Below, one piece after another: positions 15,795 through 23,460 of a stretch of 26,554 nucleotides of DNA. Made by a program: the position numbers and the translations under genes. The notes under the pieces are model-generated. The model was not told where the DNA came from. It saw nothing but the letters and a program-made list of their open reading frames with translations, and ran no database searches. Every line of letters begins with the position of its first letter. Within the stretch, counting starts at the first letter, position 1. Source of the DNA: Candidatus Woesearchaeota archaeon. GTDB lineage: Archaea > Nanobdellota > Nanobdellia > Pacearchaeales > GW2011-AR1. Location: assembly GCA_964391445.1 (NCBI GenBank), contig CAYMJZ010000001.1, forward strand, positions 1 through 26,554, in the 5' to 3' direction.

Positions 15795-15989
15795 ATGAAG
15801 AGGATGACAAAGAAAGCCATCAAAAAAGAGCCAGTAAAATTGAAAAAAACACATCCTAAGATTGTTATAACTGCTATAGCTGCATTAATATTTGTAGGAC
15901 TTTCTTTCTTATGGCCTTGGTTTATTCTAGTTGCAGTATTTCTTTGGTGGATAAATAAAAAAGCCATAAAAAAACACTTCAAAGTCTAA
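15795..15989 (+). CDS. Small membrane protein (64 aa)
   Basis: Lys-rich ends around a hydrophobic hairpin; TTTATATA at 15766-15773 (-29..-22). Confidence 0.65.
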   Translation: MKRMTKKAIKKEPVKLKKTHPKIVITAIAALIFVGLSFLWPWFILVAVFLWWINKKAIKKHFKV

Positions 15990-16009
15990 AAGATAATTAT
16001 TAAGCTAAA

Positions 16010-17611
16010 TCAATCTAGCCCATCATAAGGATTAGACCTAACTTCCGGAGTTCTAGATCCCGAAGCAGCCAAAACATCATCTATTCTTAATATCATCGTA
16101 GCAACTTCAGATGACGAAGCAACCGCTTGTAATTTGACCCTTATAGGCTCAACAATGCCTGCAGCAAGACAATCCTCAACTCTATTCACAAATAAGTTAA
16201 TTCCATCTCTAGCATGGCCAGATTCATGTTTCTGTTTTAATTCAGTCATTATATTAACAGGATCAAGACCAGCATTTTCTGCCAGAGTTTCAGGAACATA
16301 TTCTAAAGCAGAAGCAAACTCTTCAACAGCTAATTGTTCACGTCCTCCAAGAGTCTTTGCATATTGCCTTAATCTCTTGGCTAATTCCATCTCGACAGCA
16401 CCACCACCAGAAACAATACGTCCATCTTTAACTGCAGCCATAACATCTCCTAATCCATCCTTTACAGCTCTTTCAACTTCGTCTAAAACATGATCTGTGC
16501 TTCCTTGTAGTAATATTGTAACTGCCTTAGGATTCTTACAACCTCTTACGTAAGTCATTACATCATCTCCTTTCTTAATTTGTTCAACAACAGAAGCAAA
16601 CCCTAAGTCCTCTTTACGAATTTCATGTATACTTGAAATTATCCTAGCACTTGTTGCACGAGAAATCTTTTCCATATCAGACTTAGCAACTCTTCTATAA
16701 GCCATTATTCCTGCTTTAGATAAGAAATATTGAGCAACATCATCTATTCCCTTCTGACAAAATACAACTTTAGCTCCTGAATTAATTATTTTATTAGTCA
16801 TTTCTCTAACTGCAAGTTCTTCAGACTGGATAAAGTTCTGAAGTTGTTCAGGTGTAGAAACAGATATTTTAGTTTCGGTTTCAGGACTTCTAAGTTCTAA
16901 TGGAAAGTCAACAACTAATATTGAAGCATTCTCGATTTTTTTAGGCATGAACTCATTAGCAGCTTCCTTATCAAGAGCAATTCCATGAACCAATTCGCTA
17001 TCTTCAATAGAATTTCCCTTTTGCTTAACTATCTTTATAGCATCCATATCAACTTTCTTTCCTTCTCCAATCTGCTCAACAGCTGAGACAATTATATCTG
17101 CTAAATGATCTCTATTGCTTTCAGCACCCTTTCCAGTCATAGCAGTCATAGCAATTTGTTTCAAAACCTGTCTACTATCTGCAGGAATAGATATTTCCTG
17201 TAATATCCCCTTAGCTTTTTCAGCAGCTAACCTATAACCTTTAATTATAACCGTAGGATGTATTTTCTTATCAAGTAATTTCTCAGCATTTTCAAGTAAT
17301 TTTCCAGCTAACATCACGACAGTAGTTGTACCATCTCCAACTTCGTTTTCCTGAGTTTTTGCAATTTCAGCAATCATTTTTGCAGCAGGATGATCTAACT
17401 GAATTTCCTCAAGTATTGTAACTCCATCATTTGTAACTATAATATTTCCAGCAGAATCAACTAACATTTTATCCATTCCCTTAGGACCTAAAGTAGTTTT
17501 AACAATATCTCCAATAATCTTAGCCGCTAGTATATTATTACGCTGTGCATCTTTTCCAAGAGTGCGAGAAACATTTTCCGGTAATATGTATACTGGTTGC
17601 TTATCTGCCAT
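16010..17611 (-). CDS. ths: Thermosome subunit (group II chaperonin)
   Basis: TTLGPKGMDKM, ITNDG-like VTNDGVTIL, GDGTTT and GGGAVE motifs. Start moved to ATG 17611 (MADKQPVYILPE; TTTAAAAT at 17640..17633). Confidence 0.97.
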   Translation of the reverse strand: MADKQPVYILPENVSRTLGKDAQRNNILAAKIIGDIVKTTLGPKGMDKMLVDSAGNIIVTNDGVTILEEIQLDHPAAKMIAEIAKTQENEVGDGTTTVVMLAGKLLENAEKLLDKKIHPTVIIKGYRLAAEKAKGILQEISIPADSRQVLKQIAMTAMTGKGAESNRDHLADIIVSAVEQIGEGKKVDMDAIKIVKQKGNSIEDSELVHGIALDKEAANEFMPKKIENASILVVDFPLELRSPETETKISVSTPEQLQNFIQSEELAVREMTNKIINSGAKVVFCQKGIDDVAQYFLSKAGIMAYRRVAKSDMEKISRATSARIISSIHEIRKEDLGFASVVEQIKKGDDVMTYVRGCKNPKAVTILLQGSTDHVLDEVERAVKDGLGDVMAAVKDGRIVSGGGAVEMELAKRLRQYAKTLGGREQLAVEEFASALEYVPETLAENAGLDPVNIMTELKQKHESGHARDGINLFVNRVEDCLAAGIVEPIRVKLQAVASSSEVATMILRIDDVLAASGSRTPEVRSNPYDGLD

Positions 17612-17628
17612 AAAACATCTGTTCAACA

Positions 17629-17778
17629 TTAGATTTTAAAGATTATTATAGTCAAAGACATTGAAAACTTAGATTTTATATCTAGATATCAATAAAGAAA
17701 CACTACTAATTTGACAAAATGTATGTTATTTACTATATAGTCGATAGTGAAACAAAGTTTAAAAATACTAAAATCTAA
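17629..17778. promoter_or_regulatory. Three copies of TTAGATTTTA in the divergent thermosome/orphan intergenic region
   Basis: Direct copies at 17629-17638 and 17669-17678; inverted copy (TAAAATCTAA) at 17769-17778. Confidence 0.4.
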
Positions 17779-17786
17779 GACCTATT

Positions 17787-18026
17787 ATGACTCACAATCA
17801 AGATTTTGTTTATGCTACAAGAGATTATGCTACAAAATTGCGTTTATGCGGAGATCTAGTTACCAGAAATCCTCAAAGAGCTCTTGATATATGTGGAGAT
17901 GTCACAAATCTTTTATCTTCAGATACAAGACTTAAAGGTCACCGAGAATTTACAGGCATGGTTGAACAACAAGTAGAATTATTAGAAAAATTAGCAGAAC
18001 AAAAATTGTACTCTCCAGAACAATAA
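17787..18026 (+). CDS. Hypothetical protein (79 aa)
   Basis: Own TATA TTTAAAAA at 17758-17765; predicted helical. Confidence 0.65.
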   Translation: MTHNQDFVYATRDYATKLRLCGDLVTRNPQRALDICGDVTNLLSSDTRLKGHREFTGMVEQQVELLEKLAEQKLYSPEQ

Positions 18027-18088
18027 GTTCTCTTAATAAATATTTTTTAGCCAATCTTTAAAAACCCTCAACATTAGACATCAACCCC

Positions 18089-18337
18089 ATGGTTGATTAC
18101 ACAAACGAATTAAGAAGATTAAGAGAAATGCATGACGATTTCTTACTCAGATACGCAACCTCTCGTTCATTAGTTCCCTCAGAGGAAGAAGTGAAAGAAG
18201 CAAGAGAAATCAACAAAGAAATAAGGAGAGTTTGGAGCTTAGCAATTCAAACCTCATGTGATGAATCTGAAGGAGAATTGGTCGATTTAGAGTATACCTT
18301 AGAAAGATTAGCAACAAAAAGGAAATACAACCTATAA
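18089..18337 (+). CDS. Hypothetical protein (82 aa)
   Basis: Own TATA TTTAAAAA at 18057-18064; charged and helical. Confidence 0.65.
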   Translation: MVDYTNELRRLREMHDDFLLRYATSRSLVPSEEEVKEAREINKEIRRVWSLAIQTSCDESEGELVDLEYTLERLATKRKYNL

Positions 18338-18374
18338 TCAAAAGACATTTAAAGCTATATTTTTTATAAAATAC

Positions 18375-18587
18375 ATGCCTCAAAGAAGATCATTGCCTAG
18401 TGAACTACCATTCCCTGAATGCCTAAGAATACTTATACAATTCAGAAGCGCAGATGCACCTGTTTATATACCTAATTTTTTGGCAAGAGAAGGTTACACT
18501 GAAAGAATTGTATTAGATTATCTTTCTGCCGAATCTGAAAAAGGGCCTATAAGTTCAAGAGGAAATTATCAAAGACCTAAGAAATGA
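18375..18587 (+). CDS. Hypothetical protein (70 aa)
   Basis: TTTAAAGC at 18348-18355; ATGA overlap with the next ORF. Confidence 0.55.
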   Translation: MPQRRSLPSELPFPECLRILIQFRSADAPVYIPNFLAREGYTERIVLDYLSAESEKGPISSRGNYQRPKK

Positions 18588-18892
18588 GTGATTTTGATTC
18601 AATTACACCTATACTAAGACACCAAGATAATTTAGATAGATTAGTAGGTAAACTCTCAAATAATTGCCACGTAGCTTACGAAGTTTATGTAGGTGCTAGA
18701 ATGGCAATGAATGAACTAACAACGGACCCTTCGATTAAAGGATATCAAGGTTCAAGAGAAATTTTAGCTAAAATGAAAGCAATTGAAAAAAGAGCTTATA
18801 ATATTTGGAGAAGATTATCTTATCAAGAACTGACTGAATCAGAGTCAGGAATAGATTTACCACCTTTAACAGTTCAGGGCAGATTAATTTAA
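18584..18892 (+). CDS. Hypothetical protein (102 aa)
   Basis: Coupled to the previous ORF by an ATGA overlap; helical. Confidence 0.6.
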   Translation: MSDFDSITPILRHQDNLDRLVGKLSNNCHVAYEVYVGARMAMNELTTDPSIKGYQGSREILAKMKAIEKRAYNIWRRLSYQELTESESGIDLPPLTVQGRLI

Positions 18893-18917
18893 ATATATAA
18901 ATTCTTAAAATAAATAT

Positions 18918-19292
18918 ATGAAAAAAGCATTTTGGTGGGGCATAGGGACAATAGCCTTAATTGTTAGCTTAGTAATAGTTTTATCATCTTCAGGTTCAAG
19001 TAAATATGATGGATTTGCACAATGCATTGCAGATTCAGGAACAAAAATGTACGGAGCATATTGGTGCCCTCATTGCCAAGAACAAAAGAAACTATTTGGA
19101 TCTAGTTGGGACAATGTAGCATATGTCGAGTGTGCGACACCTGGAAGCAACCAACAAACATCTGCCTGCAATGCTGCAGGAATAAAATCATATCCTACTT
19201 GGATATTTGGGGACGGCAAACAAATAGGAGGAGTTCTATCTCTAGAACAACTTGGAACATTTACAAACTGCGATCTTCCAGCAGAAGAGTAA
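18918..19292 (+). CDS. Membrane-anchored thioredoxin-fold thiol-disulfide oxidoreductase (like the Trx domain of VKOR-Trx fusions)
   Basis: N-terminal TM helix, MYGAYWCPHC, YVEC...C extra Cys pair, and cis-Pro loop SYPTW. Confidence 0.85.
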   Translation: MKKAFWWGIGTIALIVSLVIVLSSSGSSKYDGFAQCIADSGTKMYGAYWCPHCQEQKKLFGSSWDNVAYVECATPGSNQQTSACNAAGIKSYPTWIFGDGKQIGGVLSLEQLGTFTNCDLPAEE

Positions 19293-19330
19293 AGAATAAT
19301 TTTTAAACCAAATAAATCCCTTCCTACATA

Positions 19331-19401
19331 GGGCCCATATTATAGTGGCATTATACGCCCATGGCATGGGTGAGACTCGAGTTCGATTCTCGATGGGTCC
19401 A
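19331..19401 (+). tRNA. tRNA-Ala(GGC), intronless
   Basis: Acceptor stem GGGCCCA/TGGGTCC with G3:U70 and A73; anticodon stem CGCCC/GGGTG with loop AT-GGC-AT (A32-U38); T arm TCGAG-TTCGATT-CTCGA. Confidence 0.93.
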
Positions 19402-19435
19402 TTAAGAGAATTGTTCGATTCACAATAGCTAATAA

Positions 19436-20806
19436 TTAGTTCTCAGTAGTTTCAGCAGCAAATCTTGTACTGTTAGATAAAACATGTTCTCGTTTACCTT
19501 CATGTTCGAAAGAGGCGGTAGCTGAACCTAAATCAAAGCTTCCAACAATATTTATCTTGGAGTAGATTACATATGAAAATACCCTTTCCTCTCCTGCATT
19601 CATATGAGATATTTCCCATTCAATCTTTCTATGGACTTCATCAATTCTATGAGGTGGTATTCCAAATTTATTGAACAATTTAGCATGACCAGGTATTCTA
19701 TCAGATATTACCACATTCTTTACAGTAGAGCGAGCCTTAACTCTCAAATTAACTTTCAATGCAAGTTCTCCACCTTTAGTTCTTACAAGAGCAACACCCT
19801 TATACACCGATAATTTTTTAGTAACTAAAAATTTAGCAAAGAAACCAACGATTACAATCAATAAAATGATTATGAAGGGGAAGGTGTAATTAGTCGTAAC
19901 ATTGACTGTATAAGACTCACCAACCCCTATCTCTTCTTCCCAGGAATAATCGACAAATATCCCACTACGAGTTGAAGTAGTAGGTCTATCGGAATATACA
20001 GTGAATAATCTTGTGAATATGTTTTTCCTTACTTCTATGAAAGCAACAGCAGGAACATTTCCTTCGTTAGTTTTAGTAATATTTGTCTTCTTTATAATAA
20101 AACCGCTTGTAGACTCATAAAAAGATATCCCTGAAGCTTCAAGGTATTTTATAGGCAAAGTAATTGAAGATTTTATGTCATTCAATTCATAAGCTATCTC
20201 TACTTCGTAATCACCAGCAGATATCTTATCTTCTAGAATTATAGGAACTGAAAATACCTTACTTTCTTTTCTATCTAAATCAAAAGTTTCAGAAAATTCA
20301 AAGAAATTAGACTTAGCAATTATTTTCAATCCAGGAATTAAAACATCTTCCTTATTCTTAACAATCATTTCCAATTTAGTAGCATTGAGAGGGATATCTT
20401 CGAGAGAAACTGCTACTGCATCCTTAACATCAAATAATCTTACTGCTAATGCTTCTTTAAAAAATCCAGTTTTGTCTCCCTTTATCTGATATTCGAAGGC
20501 ATAAATTCCTCTTTTATCTCTCAAAATCTCCTTGAATGGTGCAGCAGTAACATCAAGAGTTATTGTTTCTCCAGAAGCAATCCTAAACTTCTCCTTAGGA
20601 TACATTGAAACACTAACAAGAGAGTAAATCTGAAAATAATCTGTTTCCCCATTATTTGTAATCTCAAGTTTGAAAGTAGCATTTGACTTATCAAGCTCGG
20701 TAATTATTATTTCATCTTTTTCTAAAACCCTAACACTTAAATCTGCAGCACTTGTAAATGAAGCAAGTAGAACAAACATTAACACAAACACTTTGAAATT
20801 CATCAT
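19436..20806 (-). CDS. Single-pass membrane protein with extracellular beta-sandwich (Ig-like) domains and a C-terminal cytoplasmic beta domain
   Basis: Signal peptide, beta-rich repeats (LEITNNG, MIVKNKE, ITKTNEGN), and TM FPFIIILLIVIVGFFAKFL. ATG 20803 fits the TATA spacing slightly better. Confidence 0.75.
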   Translation of the reverse strand: MMNFKVFVLMFVLLASFTSAADLSVRVLEKDEIIITELDKSNATFKLEITNNGETDYFQIYSLVSVSMYPKEKFRIASGETITLDVTAAPFKEILRDKRGIYAFEYQIKGDKTGFFKEALAVRLFDVKDAVAVSLEDIPLNATKLEMIVKNKEDVLIPGLKIIAKSNFFEFSETFDLDRKESKVFSVPIILEDKISAGDYEVEIAYELNDIKSSITLPIKYLEASGISFYESTSGFIIKKTNITKTNEGNVPAVAFIEVRKNIFTRLFTVYSDRPTTSTRSGIFVDYSWEEEIGVGESYTVNVTTNYTFPFIIILLIVIVGFFAKFLVTKKLSVYKGVALVRTKGGELALKVNLRVKARSTVKNVVISDRIPGHAKLFNKFGIPPHRIDEVHRKIEWEISHMNAGEERVFSYVIYSKINIVGSFDLGSATASFEHEGKREHVLSNSTRFAAETTEN

Positions 20807-20848
20807 CTCGAGGATAGTTTTTTCTATTTAAAGATTGTTGTAAATTAA

Positions 20849-21352
20849 CTACTTCTTTCCAGTTAACTCAAAAAGAGCTTTCATTTCTTCCTTGAAATTC
20901 TGAACATCACTTTCAACTTTATCTTTCATTTGTTCAGTTCTTGAAGGAATCACAAACTTGTTATAAACTTCCTTGAAAAACTTAGTGGTAGCGGACTTAT
21001 TCCATTCATTTTTATAATCTTTTACCAAAGTGCCTTTAGTTTCAATACTTACTTCAACAAATTTATCCATTTTTTTCTTCTTTCCATCAATTTCAACCTC
21101 TACACTTTCCAAACCCAAAATTCTCCATTTAATATCCACTTCAATCTTAAAATAATCCGTAATCTGCTTGCTAGCCTTCCAAGTAACCTCTAAATCTTTA
21201 GAATTCCCCTTAACCTTTTCAGTATATTGTTCCTCCACAACTCCATATCCCTCTCCTCTCCACCAATCATGAGCGTAAGAATAAGCATCACTGAACTTAC
21301 CATAACCAGAGTATTTCAACTTCTCCTTTACAATTACATCTTTCTCAGCCAT
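20849..21352 (-). CDS. Conserved hypothetical protein (family I recall from DPANN genomes)
   Basis: Pattern LKYSG...Y...HDW...GY..E.QY.EK...W.A.K..TDYFK...G.L.KDY...W; TTTATATA at about 21386..21379. Confidence 0.75.
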   Translation of the reverse strand: MAEKDVIVKEKLKYSGYGKFSDAYSYAHDWWRGEGYGVVEEQYTEKVKGNSKDLEVTWKASKQITDYFKIEVDIKWRILGLESVEVEIDGKKKKMDKFVEVSIETKGTLVKDYKNEWNKSATTKFFKEVYNKFVIPSRTEQMKDKVESDVQNFKEEMKALFELTGKK

Positions 21353-21395
21353 GCTTTTATTAACCCAAAGGAACTTTCTATATAAATCTTACCTC

Positions 21396-21956
21396 ATGAA
21401 ACCAATTGTAATAATAGAACATTTAGAGCCAAAATTATGGCCTTGGTGTATCCTAGAATATGAAAGCATATCAAAAATATTCAAAAAGTCAAGTCTATGG
21501 TTCACAAACATCAGTTCAAGCAAAATAAACCGATTTGGAAAAGTTTTCAAAAAATCTGTAATAGATATGGAATTAGACAATGTATGTATTCTTGACCCAG
21601 ATGCCAAAAAGACTCTTACTCCAAAAGAATCCAAGAAATTCAAATATTACATAATCGGAGGAATTCTAGGGGATTACCCTCCAAAAAAGAGAACAAAGGT
21701 AGAATTAACAAGTAAAATGAAAGGTGTTGCAAGAAACATGGGAAAACAACAATTCAGTACTGATAATGCAGTATATGTGCTAGAAAGAATAATATCTGGA
21801 ACACCTTTAAGTAAATTAAAATTCCAAAACAAACTAAATATCAAAATAAACAAAGTAGAATCTATAGAACTTCCTTATTATTATCCTTTAATTAATGGAA
21901 AACCAAGAATATCTAACGCCTTGGTAAATTATATCAAAAAGAAGAAGAATTTTTAG
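21396..21956 (+). CDS. SFM1-like SPOUT-class SAM-dependent methyltransferase
   Basis: IIEHLE...W..LEY, LDPDAKKTLTP, IIGGILGDYPPKKRT and QFSTDNAV motifs. Start moved to ATG 21396. Confidence 0.85.
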   Translation: MKPIVIIEHLEPKLWPWCILEYESISKIFKKSSLWFTNISSSKINRFGKVFKKSVIDMELDNVCILDPDAKKTLTPKESKKFKYYIIGGILGDYPPKKRTKVELTSKMKGVARNMGKQQFSTDNAVYVLERIISGTPLSKLKFQNKLNIKINKVESIELPYYYPLINGKPRISNALVNYIKKKKNF

Positions 21957-22216
21957 TTTTTCTTTAATGTCTCTTCAAGAGTAATCTTCCAATCAGATTC
22001 GTCTCTCATATTACCAGACAATATCTCTCCATCTGGAGCAACTGCCATCTGTCTTGAAAAAGTCTTATAAAATAAATAGTTTGTAGGGATTTGATCCTTA
22101 TCAAGACCCTCTCCAAGCTCAACAGTTACATAATTTCTTAGACTATTAGATGCAGGATTTCTAACCATAAACTGAACATATCTAACCAATCTAAAATCAA
22201 GATTAACTAATGCCAT
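21953..22216 (-). CDS. Hypothetical protein (87 aa)
   Basis: Start moved to ATG 22216 (TTTAAATA at 22245..22238). Confidence 0.55.
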   Translation of the reverse strand: MALVNLDFRLVRYVQFMVRNPASNSLRNYVTVELGEGLDKDQIPTNYLFYKTFSRQMAVAPDGEILSGNMRDESDWKITLEETLKKN

Positions 22217-22269
22217 GAAAGAAAAATATCTAACCAATATTTAAACAAAATGTCAGAATAAAATATATT

Positions 22270-23460
22270 CTAATAGCAATTCTTACAAACAAAGCTTCTT
22301 CCACCTGCATCAGCATCCATAAATCTCTTATTCTTAAACTGTTTACACTTAACACATACACGACCGCATTGCTTACATATTCTCCTCTTTGTAACTGCAC
22401 ATTGATGCCTTAGGCAAGTCTCACAAGATATTTCGCTACAATCTTCACATCTTGCCCCACAATTTCTACAAACAAGATGATTCCCATTGCAAAGAATTAT
22501 TTCATTTAAGGAATTCTTACACAGGTCACATGTAGGAAGATCAATCTTATTTTTTAATGGATCAAATTTAACAACTACTAACCTGGTAACTCCAGCATTA
22601 GATTTGAAAAAAGATTCTATTGAATAGATAGGGTAATCTATAATTGTTGTAGTAATTAGTTTTGTATTAAGCCTTAATGCATGTTTTTTCTGTTCATTTT
22701 GTATAAACAAGTCTCTTTCGGTAACAAACTGTATTTTCTGTCTTTCAAGCTCTACCGGATCTTTAGACTTCAATGCTCCAGACTTTATCCTTGCAATCTG
22801 TTCATCAATTTCCTTGACTTGTTGCTCATGATATGAATTTATTCTAGCAATTTCGTTAGAAAGACTTGAGTCTAATTCTGAAGCAATTTTATTAGTCCTA
22901 GCATTTATAGAACTCTTGATATGTTCTTTAGCGATAGAATAATAGTCTCTTAATTCCGTTATTTCAATATCTTTCTTATTTGTATTAGAAACACTAAATC
23001 TGCTAAGATCTGGATTAACAATAGCCCCTTCGTCAACAAAAACCTCATTTATCAATTTCTCTTCTTCATTCAAATACTTGTAAGTTGTTTGAAATGTAAA
23101 CTTAAACATAAAATTATGAGAAGATTCAGCAGTTGCTTTTACAATAGAACAATTATGAAGCTTAAACTGCTCTTTAATGAAAGAATCTACATTTAATTTA
23201 TAGTTTAATGAAGTTAAAACTGCATCTCCTGAATTGTCTAAATAAGCTTTCATCATTTTAAGCATATAACTTTCGGGAGCAACTAATTCTCCTGTTGAAG
23301 AAAAATTTTTATCAAAAACAATTCTATAAGGTTCATTCTTACCATAAAATTTCTGAAATTTAGGTGGAACTTCACTAACTTCAAGATAATCGGTACTTTC
23401 AGAAACCTTAGCTCCTAACTCTCTAAAAAACTGAATGCTAAACTGCCTCAACTGTTCCAT
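22270..23460 (-). CDS. YqhG-like protein with C-terminal multi-zinc-finger region
   Basis: Start at ATG 23460 (SD GGAGG 6 nt upstream), overlapping the SNF2 stop region. Central coiled coil, then repeated CxxC pairs (CDLC, CRNC, CEDC, CETC, CKQC, CVKC, CKNC). The YqhG label rests on synteny plus weak N-terminal resemblance. Confidence 0.6.
   Translation of the reverse strand: MEQLRQFSIQFFRELGAKVSESTDYLEVSEVPPKFQKFYGKNEPYRIVFDKNFSSTGELVAPESYMLKMMKAYLDNSGDAVLTSLNYKLNVDSFIKEQFKLHNCSIVKATAESSHNFMFKFTFQTTYKYLNEEEKLINEVFVDEGAIVNPDLSRFSVSNTNKKDIEITELRDYYSIAKEHIKSSINARTNKIASELDSSLSNEIARINSYHEQQVKEIDEQIARIKSGALKSKDPVELERQKIQFVTERDLFIQNEQKKHALRLNTKLITTTIIDYPIYSIESFFKSNAGVTRLVVVKFDPLKNKIDLPTCDLCKNSLNEIILCNGNHLVCRNCGARCEDCSEISCETCLRHQCAVTKRRICKQCGRVCVKCKQFKNKRFMDADAGGRSFVCKNCY

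Noticed and set aside
15767-15982. 71-aa minus-strand hydrophobic ORF
   Set aside because: Antisense to 15795-15989, which has a TATA box at the typical -29..-22 spacing; only one is likely real.
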